From contig ML978126.1 in NCBI GenBank assembly GCA_010015805.1, positions 744,001-808,000 of the forward strand: DNA of 64,000 bases. The letters are read 5' to 3'. Below are positions 34,935 through 46,736 of the stretch, piece by piece. Position 1 is the first letter of the stretch. Every line of letters begins with the position of its first letter. A program made the translations under genes and the position numbers. Origin of the DNA: Rhizodiscina lignyota. Its lineage: Eukaryota. Below the pieces are notes generated by a model. That model did not search any database. It was not told the DNA's origin and saw only the letters and a program-made list of their open reading frames with translations.

Positions 34935-36288
34935 TTTAATAAAGGTATTTGTGTTATTGTTGTTGAACGACGATAGTAAGAGATGATGAAAGAGATTCGA
35001 TTACTATTGCTCTGTGATTGTTTTTGCTGCTGCTGTAGAATGGTAGTTTAACTCAAGACAGTATGTGGAAGGTATATCGATATATAAGCATTTTGCCTCT
35101 CTTCGAAGGCTTAGCATTAGGTACAAAGTAGGTAACAATGATATTCTAAATATAGAGGTAGAATAATACGGGTCAGATTTCCGCAGCATCAAATTGTCCG
35201 AGATCGATCTGAATAGTGTCCCTGCACAGCCTGTATTAATTTCGCTATGAACTAGAATCTTACCCGAGGCGTCTGTCTAGGAGCTGCGCATGAAGTTAAT
35301 ATAATGTTGATGCCTTATGCTAATTCAGGCCATAGGAAATTCTTTCTAGAGGCGTAGGCCGCCGTGCTGATGCTTACTATGTCGCTGACCTGGGCTACCA
35401 GCCGCACCAGGCGGAGCCCTAGGGTACCCTCCCGGTCGTCGCGAAAGTGTGCGCACAGCTCAGACCCCTTGACAAGGTCTCCAATTTTAAACTTCGATGT
35501 CCCCCTAAATTTTCATTCAATTTTCATTAATCGCGACAAGAGCATGGAACCCTATACATTGCCCATCACCATATACAACAGCTTTCACCTCCTTAAGAAG
35601 AGTATTTGGTGAATGAGTCAGTCAAGCCACACGGCCAGGAGTTCGCTGATGGCCTCGGGGCTTAATCTCCGAGGTATCCAACTCAATTTTAGTGTATTTA
35701 ATTGGTCAGGGAGCCCTCTGCTCCCTCATCCCTCGCCATCTTTTAATTCACAAGCTTTCTAAGCCTTTTCGCGAATGCTCACTATGTTCATCAATATTTT
35801 GTGGTATTCGTTCGACAGTATTTACGTACCTCCGTGGCTGGCGACGTTTGTCAAAGGCACCGGTTACGTAGACTCTTCTTCTCGGCGTTCGAACATTTAG
35901 GGTTCTAAGAAGAGATGGAAATCCACGATAGGCAACACTGCGCCCGTGCTAGAGTGCTTTTAGCAACGAGAACTGCACTGCAGTTTTACCCTCAGAGTAG
36001 GCGGAGAGACTCTAGCGGGTCTGAGCTTGGCGCAGTTCCAGAGTACTAGACTGGCTGAAACACTTTGCAAATCGGCGACAGGCAATTCGTTACATCGTTT
36101 AAAGTGCAAATTTATACTGCCGCTCAGCTGGTGACCTAGAAAAGAACGACCAAGCCATGGTACATCTTCCAAAGCGGCCAAAATGCAAGGGAAACATGTA
36201 TATTAAAAGAATGAATTTTGCATCCAGATTTGGGTATTCGGTGAGATGGGCTCAGTGGCTGTATACATGAGATGATCCTAGAGCAGTG

Positions 36289-38423
36289 TTAGACCGGAAA
36301 CGATCTGGGCAATAGGAAATCAACTTGAATGGCTTGACGCACCAAAATTGCAGGGTTCATTTCTCCGAGACTGTTTTGACTGCCATGGGCGTCTGATGGA
36401 GATTCATAGACCGGGAGCGGCTGAGTAGTCTCGTAGTTTTCTGACAGTGCCGCGACCAGATCCGCTCTTTCGTTTGGCGGATGGCTGTCCAGAGCTATTT
36501 GTGCTCTTCCTGCAAGCTCGCTGCAGGCTTCACTCATCCTCTGAACCTCTTCTGTGCTTCTCTTTCCGGCGAGAGAATTTAGAAGCTGAAGTACTGGTCG
36601 AACGAGAGCCAGATCGGAACGGGCAAAGCCATGAGTGGGCATGTGGATAACTCGAGCAAGTAGTATCACAATTGCAGACACGCATTGCGAAAAGAGGATC
36701 CTGTTCAAATCTGTTAGCACGGGATTGCAATCATCGATATGCAGCGTACCATGTACAAGCAAAGTCACCTTGCGGCGCGAGGTTCATGAGATGCAGCGAA
36801 GCACGGGCGGCTTCACTGCATCGCATGGCTGACATGCAAAGTTGGTGCGACACAGGCCCAGATAGTTGGTCATCTTCGGCCATGATTGACGTTGCCCACA
36901 GGCGGTTTTGAAAGAATGAGACACGATGCACCGTCGCAAGACAATTAAAGTATGCCAAGTGTAAAATGACGACATGGGTGGTTGAAAACGGCCCCACAAA
37001 AGTTGCCAGATTATCTGGCTGAAGTCCTGCCGGGAGATTGGCCCTCCATTGCTCTAACAGTTCATCCAGTTTCTGAACCGCAGGAAGCCTTTGTTCTTCA
37101 GACAACTGCAGCGCGCGAACAGAATAAAGATCCGTGTATGCCTTGCTTTGAATGACGGCAAGGTGGATGCGGAGACGAAAGTAATTGACTGCGGAGCCGT
37201 CTGACGCAGTATACATTAGGCCGAGTCCATCGCGAGGGTCTGCTTCGGGAAGATGAACATTCATGTCATTATCATTGATAATTGGGGGCTGCTCGAATCT
37301 CAGACTAAAGTCCTTGTCGAGACAATAAGCCACCCAAAACACTCGCTGGCGCTGTTGAGCTTCGATGGGTGGCAATCCCCCGCCAAGCTCGTTTCGATGC
37401 ATTCCGAGGCCGTACGAGAGCCTGATTGCCGCAGCAGTCAGAACAGAGGCCGGTCGTGGATTCGGTGTTCCCTGGAGAAGTATTGCCATTCCAAGAAGAG
37501 CCTGTATGGCTGCCAAGTCCGTTTGTTGCATGGTCAAGTCTGGAATGACGTTGAATGCATTTTGAGCATATTCGCTGGCTTTTTTCCCGAGTTCTTTGCG
37601 GTTGGGATTCTCCCGGATGGACAATGCTAGTACTACGTTCAAAACTGCCCACCAGGCTGAGTCATTGGGCTGGTCTCTGGTGTAATCGCGTTCAAAGGAT
37701 TGCAAAAGGACTTTGGGGTGGAATAGGGGAGTTATGTTGTTGAAGCCTTCGAAGAACTCAGTTAGTAAGGCCCGCGCCTCGTCTTTCTTTGGCAGTCGTG
37801 TATGGCCTCTTTTGAGTACACGGAGGCTGCATTCGTTGCCAGGTGATTCGTCATCGCTCACCAGAGATGATCCAACCGTCTGCTGCAGGTAGCTGATGGC
37901 CTCTGTCGAGAGCTTGCTGTTGGTTGGATTGAACTGAGAGCCGGCAGCTGCTCCGCTGACAGTGGAGGCTGAACTCGTGGGCGGCGTCCGGCTCCTAGAT
38001 TGTTTTCCAAGAGATGGATTGGATTGGCCTTGGGGAGCGGCGGATTTCTTCGCATCGCTGATTGACGAACGGGTCTCTCGAAGCAAAGTCTCTATGCGCA
38101 AAAAGCGAGACTCCAGTTCATCAATCCGTCTCGCACTAATAAAGCTCAGCATACTAACGCCCAGAGAGAACCAGAGTCCAACTACCTGCTCCTTTTGGCT
38201 TTCCGAGCTTTCTTTGTGCGCGTAAAGATGCATTCCACATTGTGTTTGACGCAGTAGGAGCAGGGACTGGATGCCGAGTCGCATCGAATTTTTCTCCTTC
38301 TGCAGGAACCACAGGCCTGCCAATGTCTTAGCTAGGAGTGGAAACATTAAGAATGCAGCGTACTATTGTGGATTGCTTCGGAATAGGCCCATCGCCTCCG
38401 CTGGAGTCTCCATCGTCGGACAT
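36289..38423 (-). CDS. Zn(II)2Cys6 transcription factor with fungal-specific TF domain
   Basis: MSDDGDSSGGDGPIPKQSTI|ACGSCRRRKIRCDSASSPCSYCVKHNVECIF, then LAAIQALLGMA, LGMHR and RQRVFWVAYCLDK. Confidence 0.92.
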
Positions 38424-39384
38424 TGGAGCTGCCAATTTGCCAGTCTCTCTTCAGGAATTTTCAACTGTGCCTGGAGAATTACAGTTCTGCTGCAAGCTAA
38501 ACAGTTGTCATTATATCTTGAAGGGCTTCCCGGTTCAATGTAAGTTGCGCTTTGTCGACATTGCTTCACAGTGCTAGCGAGTAGCGCAACCAAGGCAAGT
38601 GTTGATTTGTAATGCAGATGGACTAACACGGCGGACGGATCCTGGAGCAGACTTCCGGTGCAATTACAGAGACTTGATTGGCAAGCGAAACATAAGGACA
38701 ATGAACCGGAAAGGACAGCAAGAAGTTTAAGAAATACTCACGTCCATGCAAAGGCGGCCGGTTGTGATGTTCGATGAGAAGGTACAGGTGAGCTTGTCCT
38801 AACTGGGACTAGCCCGGCAACGCCTCTCACCGGCAAATCGGCGACAGAAAAGCGCAATGAAACCAGCACAGAAGTGTCACGAATTTGCCGTTTTCTCTTT
38901 TACAAGGGTACCATCGAAAGTTCCGCTCTGTAGCTCGGCCAGCCTAGAGATTTTCCGTTGGATAATGGCGTACAATGGCGGTGGCGGAGTTCATCGTGCA
39001 GCTTTTCAGTTACGTCCTGCAGCATCCAGCACACAGCCTTGAACAACGTATCTGGGTCTCGTGGGATAAATCAGCTCCAATGCCAAATCAAAGCAATACT
39101 CTCTAATGACGGCGGCACCCAAGATGGCGTCCCAAACCAAAAAAACCGATGGAAGGCTTGGAAATCAACGTTTTCAAAGGCGATATAAGCAGGACAAGAA
39201 GTAATTAACTACTTCCGCAACTACAAGCTACAGAAGCGCTAGCATTTCAGTACAAAGAAAATTAAGCTAGCCAGCACGAGTAGGCGGCAGCCAGCTTTGA
39301 GGAATAGAAATCGGAACCAGTACAGAGAGGAGAACAACAGCACGGAGACTACAACATCACCGAACAAGTATGCAGCCTCCCAGA

Positions 39385-40318
39385 TTACATAGTCCCGGTA
39401 ATTCCGCCGCTTACTGAGATAAACTGTGCAGTGATCCACCGGCTCTTTTCTGATACTAGCAGAAGCGTAGCATCCGCCAGATCCTCCACTGACCCGAGGC
39501 GATTCGCAGCTCGCGTCTGTTCATACATAGAAAGCTGAAGCGCAGTTGGAGACCCGTCAGGGGCCACTAGATATGCTTTTGACATATCTGTTGGAACTGG
39601 ACCGGGTGCGAGTGTATTGACGGTAATTCCACGGCTCTTGCCAAGCTGTCCGGCATATCGTCAGATGGTTGTCGAGCGTAGAGAGTGGAAAAACACTGAA
39701 GAAAGCTTACCTCGCCAGCCCATAGCGTTGTCAAGGCATCCATTGCAGCTTTGGTCGCACCATATACAGGGGGTGGGACCAAAACTTTCGAGGCGATGGA
39801 GCCGATGTTGACGATGCGGCCACCTTCCGGCATTCGACCTACGCCAACAACAGCTTGCGTCATGTAAATCACGCCGAAGACGTTGACGGCGAATTCGTAT
39901 TCGAGTTGCTCTTCTTTAACCTCTAAGAGAGGTGTGTTGCGTGCAGCTGCTGCGTTGTTGACTAGAACAAATGGCCAATCAGTTTTGTCCAACTACTCAG
40001 AAACGCTACCTATGACATACCGAGAATATCGATGTGATCGACGCTAAATGCTTTCAGGATTTGCTCAACCATGTTCTTCGCAGTATCGTAATTTTCCACC
40101 CCTCCTTGTACGACGGTGGTTTTGGTGCCAAACTCTTTATTGATGTCAATCGCTACCTTCTCAGCCCGCGCCTTGGAGTCCTCCGACACATAATGAATTG
40201 CTACAGACGCGCCGTTCCGAGCCAAAGCTCTGGCAATAGCTGCACCGATGCCAGTCTCTCTGCCAGAACCTGTAACCAAGGCAGTCTTTCCTGTAAGGGA
40301 GAGTGTGTCGGGTGACAT
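39385..40318 (-). CDS. Short-chain dehydrogenase/reductase (classical SDR), 3 exons
   Basis: ALVTGSGRETGIG, VNNAA, IVNIGS, YGATK (YxxxK) and WITAQFISVSGG. Confidence 0.92.
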
Positions 40319-40546
40319 ATCCAGTAAATTAGCAAAGAAAGCTATCGAAGCAAGGGATTACACAGCTAGTTCCGAACTCTGACTGGCAAGTAGCTATGTT
40401 TTATATATACGACAGAGTTGACTATATGGAACTGATACTAATAATTTTATATGTACTGAATAGATGCTATTATAAATCATCAAGTTATAAAGAGCTGGGA
40501 AACCAAAATTGTTCTATCTACGAGGCAGCCGCTCCTGTTGATTGTA

Positions 40547-40744
40547 AATATCACGAGCAGGATTGTCACCGTCCCGAATCATTTCACTAATGCCGCATTA
40601 ATATCACGGGCAGGATAGGCGCCGCCTCGAATCGTTTGACTAATGCCGTATTCATATCGCGGGCAGGATAGTCGCCGCCCCGAATCGTTTGTAATGCCGT
40701 ATTAATATCACGGGCAGGATAGTCGCCGCCCCGAATCGTTTGAC
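40547..40744. repeat. ~3.8 copies of a ~53-bp tandem repeat in the divergent SDR promoter
   Basis: taatgccg(c/t)att(a/c)atatc(a/g)cgggcaggatag(g/t)cgccgcc(t/c)cgaatcgtttg(ac) at 40588, 40641 and 40692, plus a degenerate partial copy from ~40547. Confidence 0.93.
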
Positions 40745-40878
40745 TAATGTCCGCATGCGGCATCTAGATACCTCTCTTAAGCTTAGGCAGTCGTAATAAA
40801 CATCTGTATATATATACACTAGACGATGGGCTTCGTACCTGCACCCGAATGCTCTGACCTCTCCCTACACTCAGAATC

Positions 40879-41692
40879 ATGCCCGGCACATCCCCAGTCA
40901 TCCTCATCCTCGGAGCAGGACCAAATATCGGTCAGGCAGTCGCTCGGACTTTTGCCTCGAGAGGCTATAAGGTTGCCCTCGCTGCGCGATCACTGGACGA
41001 GGCAGATAGCACGGACAATCAACTGAACATCACGAGTGACTTCGCCAACTCCGACGATGTTGTCAACGCATTTAAAAGGGTTAATAAAGTGTTTGGTATC
41101 CCAAGTGTAGTCGTTTATAATGGTAAGCCCTGGTAACTGAGGATGCGTTTGAATTCCTACTGAAAATTCGCAGTCAGCGCCTCGACGCTCACCCCACCTC
41201 AGGACCCGTTCGCCCTTCCACTGGCCGCTTTCAATCGAGATGTAACAATCAATATCACTAGCGCTTTTGTCGCCGCGCAACAAGCTGCCTTCGGTTTTGC
41301 ACAGCTTCCTGCTTCTGCTTCAAGGACATTCATCTACACTGGAAATATCTTGAATGTTGCCATCCTCCCGTCATTTCTCGACCAAGGCGTCGGAAAGTCC
41401 GCCGGCGCACATATGATCTGGGCTGCTTCAGCTGCATATAAAGACCGTGGATTCAAGTAAGCTATTTATTTCCTACTTTAATTCGCTCGTGGAAAGACTA
41501 AACTATTGCAGGTTTTATTATGGCGACGAACGGAGGGCGGACGGAACGGCCAAATATAGGGTCGACGGAGAGGCGCATGCGGAACTCTACTGGAAGCTTG
41601 CGGAGGAAAAGACGCATGGTCCGTGGATGCAGACATTCGTCAAGGGCGTAGGATACACGAAGTTTGACAGTCAATATGCGTCTTCCAGCTAA
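40879..41692 (+). CDS. Atypical short-chain dehydrogenase/reductase, 3 exons
   Basis: ILILGAGPNIG, PSVVVYN, RTFIYTGN, GVGKSAGAH and FYYGDER; GT..AG introns near 41123 and 41457. Confidence 0.87.
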
Positions 41693-41992
41693 GGCATTGC
41701 TTGAGCGTCTAGCGTCTAGCGTCTATATTGCAGGTCCAAGCAGGCCAGCTTGTCAAGTAAAGTAGCTTTGCCTAGATACTAGAGCGCTTAAAGCTCGTTG
41801 TGAGTGCCATATGACCGTGTCAAAATTCAAGCTTGTTATCATGAAGCAACGCAGTACTGAGTTAAACACTGTAAAATTTAGATGAGAGGCGGAGGAGGAA
41901 TGCCCGCAGAAAGAAAAAAGCGATACACTGTCGACGTTTAAGTGAGGTGTGCGGTAATCTTACACTCCTTAAACATATTCCCTACAATGCGT

Positions 41993-42663
41993 AATTCGAT
42001 GTTTGAATAGTACAAGAATTCGAATGAATGCTACGTCCTCCTTCAACACGTGGCGGCCAGGGCGAGTTGGCATCCGCAATTCGAAGAACAGTTTCGTAAG
42101 GCTCGCTGATTTACAAGAGGCTGGACTCTACAAGAATTCATCGCGCCGGCTGATGTATGGTTTTACAACTGCAACTGGTACCCGATCGTATCGAAGGGTA
42201 TGTCACTGAAATTCCTATCGCAATCTCGGACGAGACCGTATCGAACTGGTTTAATGTCGGATGGACACATTCATTTAATAACACAAGGAAGATGAATTCA
42301 GATTTGACGCTCCAATTGGACGAAAGAGATATTGCAAGCATAGGCCTTCAATTGAAGTCCGGAAGGGATAGAGATAAAGAATTGATAGCACAAGATAGGA
42401 TGTAGCTCTCCATGAACCCCGGATCACATCCAGATGATGCCCTTTACGTTCTTACTCAGGTGGCCGAATACGTTGAGGATCGGCAAAGCAGGAAGGCGTT
42501 TCCATACTACTACAAGTATGGTGAGAGAGAGGGGCGGATTGTCGGTGACAGGAAACTGAAGGCTCTGGTGTGGACTGAAGATCGGTGGCATAACAAAGGT
42601 GGCCAATTCAAGGTTCAATTTACAATCATGCATGGTAAATACGAACCTACTGATGAAGATTAG
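41993..42663 (+). pseudogene. HET (heterokaryon incompatibility) domain gene relic
   Basis: NSMFE*YKNSNECYVLL...RKAR*FTRGWTLQEFIAPADVWFYNCNWYPI matches HET consensus motifs, with two Trp positions replaced by stops (42008, 42107). The downstream frame is broken by TAG at 42403. Confidence 0.78.
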
Positions 42664-43652
42664 CCTTAGACAATCTTAAGATGGTAGGAAGTAGTAACCC
42701 TCTACGGAGTATGGAGTATTCGCAGCCCTCTTTAAACTAGGATTTGACGTTGCCCTGTTTTGGTGCTTTCACCAACTTCAGACTGATTTTGCCTATCGAA
42801 GAAAAGAAAGAGACCGTATAAGGACGGTGCTCCAGAATGAAGATACTCTTTGGGAAGAGGATTTGGAAGACTGGTCACGTCAGCCCCGCAAAGGCAGGGG
42901 GCCAGTGAACAGATTTTATGTGGCCGAAAATTGGGAGATTGTCGCAGCGTGATGTGGAGTACATCAGGCCACTGCTCGTTGTTTGGTGAACTACAACGTC
43001 TCAACCAGGTCGCTGGTAAGCAGACCGGTGCGGCGAAATTTAAGAGGTCCATATCATTTCGGCGCGTCCGGCGCTAGCACACAATGGGCCTGGTTTCCTG
43101 GATGAGTGGGTACATTCCCATGCATTCTGGAAAATGGCAACTTAGCCGCAACGATGAGCCGCGTTGGCTGCTCGGCCAACCAACGCGCAAGACCCCTGTC
43201 ACGGCCGGGAGATCAAGCCTTCCGAAGAGGTACCCTACATGGAGCTACTGCAAGCCTCCCTGCTTGGTGCGTCATCGACGATAGCTAACCTCCCTAACCT
43301 GCAAAACGCTTGTTGATCGCTCCGATATCCCTGGGCCGGAGTAAGACTGGAGTCTCCACACATGTGATCCCATGTGATCCCATAATTTTCTCATGCGGAC
43401 TCTCATGCGGACAGCATGGAGAGAATCCCCACAAGCGATGAAACCCAAGGTCTTGGCAAGTGTGGAGCGCAGGTATACATACCCGGGCCTACCTCGATGA
43501 GGTGATAAGCCATGCGAGACGCGTGAGGCCACTGGAGCTTTCTTCACTTTCTCATAGAGGCTTCGTTCATTTTCCCGGTAGAAGTTCCGTTCATTTACCT
43601 CGTAGAAGATTCGTTCATATCTCTCGTAGAAGCTACCGGAGCGCCCCCCACA

Positions 43653-46252
43653 ATGTCCGAAAAGGCATCTACGGACATTGGCTACGACAATCACGATGAG
43701 AAGCACGATGAGGCTGGTGAGAAGCACGAGGATGCCGGTGAGAAAGCGACCGCTCAGACAATGAAGCCTGAGCTGGTTGAGGAGACAGGCCGCCGCCGGT
43801 CGGTCGCTCTCAACATCGTTGAGAACCCTCTGAAGGTGAGTCGCGCAATGTCTGACTCTTCACCACCCGCCGTAGTCCAATTGAGTCGAGACGCTGATCC
43901 TCTTCACTTCCACAGCGCGTCTCCCAGGAGCAGGCGGTCGTGGACGCCCGTGTTTTTGCCGAGACGCATGATATGGCTGAGCACGCCGCTCTGTTCGGCC
44001 GGGCTGCTCTCGTCGCTCGTGATCCTGAGCACTTTGGTACAGTCGCCGAGCTTGATGAGACTGAGCGCGCCGCGCTCGACTACGAGCTGCATCACAAATG
44101 GCACGGTCCTACTATGCTATGGTACTCTATCTCTTTGTGCGCCATCGGAGCTGCCACGCAAGGATGGGATCAAACTGGATCCAATGGAGCCAACTTGTCC
44201 TTCCCTCAGGAATTTGGTATTGCTGGCACAGGGAAAGACGAATGGATCGTGGGATTAGTCAATTCGATCATCTTCTTGACAGCCGGCCTCATGTGAGCAC
44301 ATTAGCAGCGCTGATTCCTAATCTTTACATCTATGACTGACCTTAATGAACAGTGGCGCTTTCATCGTCGATCCGATGAACCACTACCTTGGCCGAAGAG
44401 GCGAGATTTTCGTCACTGCTTGCTGTCTTACTGCCACTCCCATTGGCTCTGCTTTTGCACAGTCATGGCAAGGACTGTTTGCTGCGCGATTTGTCCTGGG
44501 TATCGGTATCGGTACGTACCACCGCTGTGCAAATATGTCTGAAAGCTCTTGAAACGGCTCTCTCAAAATGAATTACTCCCAATCGGGTATATCAACTCTT
44601 AAGCATCCGCGATCAGTTGATAAAAAATGCCTGCATCCCTAGTCACGGCCTACGAAGCGTGTTCTCTTCGTATTAGAACATCTGCTAATTGCACATGAGT
44701 AAAGGTGCAAAGAACGCCACAGTCCCCATCTACTCGGCCGAGATGGCCCCAGCTCGCATTCGAGGTGCTCTCGTAATGTTCTGGCAACTTTGGGTCGTGG
44801 CCGGTAACCTGCTTCTTATCATTCGCCCCAAGACATGTACTAATTTTCACCTGCAGGTATTTTCTTGGGCTTCTGTGCCAACGTTATTGTCAAGGACACC
44901 GGTAGAATTGCATGGCGTCTCCAACTCGGATCAGCGTTCATCCCCTCCTTCATCCTCGGAATTGGCATCTTCTTTTGCCCCGAATCCCCTCGATGGCTCA
45001 TGAAGCACGGCAAGTATGCGAAAGGATTCCGATCAATGTTGCGCCTACGAGCCCATCCCATCATTGCCGCGCGCGACTATTACTACTCGTGGGTCATCTA
45101 CCAGGAGGAAATCAAAGAGGCTCGTGGCGCAGGCTACTGGTCCCGTCTGTGGGATTGCTTCGCTGTGCCCAGGATCCGGAGAGCCAATTATGGTGCATCG
45201 ACCGTCATGATTGCTCAGCAGATGTGCGGTATCAACAGTATGTCCCCCTTGTCTCGTACTAGTGGTCAAGCCCTGACGCATTGCAGTCATCTCTTTCTAC
45301 AGCTCAACCATCTTCGAAAACGTCGGCTACACGGCGACCCAGGCATTGTACGCGTCTCTGGGCTATGGCGCTGTTCAGGTCTTAGCTACCATCCCCACTC
45401 TGTTCCTCATCGACACCAAGGGCCGAAGAACCTTGACGTTAGCTGTAAGTCGCTTCAAATTTTGCACTTGACGATAACTGATCCTCAATACAGACTTTCC
45501 CTGGCATGTGTATTTTCCTGTTAGCCGCTGGTCTGTCACTTTTGAACCACTCGGGTAGTCGTGGCGAGCAAATTGGACCAGTTGTTTTGTAAGTTTGTCA
45601 AGGATGTCTGCAATGCTGAATCTGACCGATTGTTTTCTTCGACTAGGTTCGTCTACCTCTTTACCATCTGCTACTCCCTGGGTGAAGGACCAGTCGCTTT
45701 CCAGTACTCTGCCGAAGTGTTCCCTACCATTCAGCGAGAGCAAGGAATGGCGTGGGCCGTTTGCATCAACAACACTTTCGGTGAGCATCTCAACCTCAGT
45801 CCCGCCGAAATATCACTGACAAAGTCTTTCGTAGCCGGTATCCTCAGTTTGACTTTCCCTCGAATGCAGAGCGTGATGACTCCAACTGGAGCTTGTAAGT
45901 GGGCTCTGAATTCTCGCGTGCGGGGACTCGCTAACCTTTACTCTAGTCGGTTTCTATGCTGGACTCAACCTCATTGCCTGGTTTATGATCTTCTGCTTCG
46001 TCAGAGAAACAAAGCAGCTCACCCTGGAGGAATTGGATCGTAAGTGGAATTTGACTCGACGACTCTGGCCCCCCGCTAACGTCCCTCACAGAGGTTTTCT
46101 CCATCCCAACGAAGAATTTCATCTCCTACGAATGGAACGTGTGGCTTCCCTACTTTATCAAGCGACATATTTTCCGCCAGAAGATCATGAAGCCCCCACC
46201 AATCATCGAGAAAGAGGAGAGGGTCGAGCATGAGATTATTCTTGAGGCGTAG
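43653..46252 (+). CDS. MFS sugar porter (sugar/polyol transporter), multi-exon
   Basis: [55 protein letters not shown] and [14 protein letters not shown]; ends ...HEIILEA* at 46252. Confidence 0.93.
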
Positions 46253-46736
46253 AGTGGTAGAGGAACACTAGAAAGATCTCCTGCAAGCTGTATTATGCGA
46301 GTTGCTCGCACTATTATAGAGCTTTCTAGAAGTAGAGCAGTTGACGCCCTTGAACGCTGAAGAATTTAGAAAGGGCGATTTCCAACTTTGCAGTTGTCGG
46401 TATCTCGGGCCTTTCATTGTCTCCGTCTTCCCTATGCTCGACTATGATCAGAGTCTCTTGAAGATCAGTTCTCACCAAGCATACGATAATGCATTATGCT
46501 GTATCTTGTCATGCGAAGCGTGGAAGATACAACAATGTAAGGGATCTATCTATGCTATGTTCGGCGGCAGGTCTAAAAACCGGAAGGTTCGTCTCTCATT
46601 GATATGATACTTGATCAAGCAGGCTCAGGTTCCAACACAGTGCAAGTCAAGGATTCCAAACTTAGGCCCGCCTAGTTAGAGTTCAATATAAAATATGGGC
46701 CTGCATATTTATGAAAGTGGGGAGATAAAGATGTCC

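Noticed and set aside
38363..38701. Cys-containing ORF upstream of the second TF as an extra Zn cluster
   Set aside because: Cys spacing does not fit Zn2Cys6; the real cluster is in the exon at ~38190-38317.
40547..40744. CRISPR-like array
   Set aside because: The units are contiguous with no unique spacers, there are no cas genes, and the context is eukaryotic.
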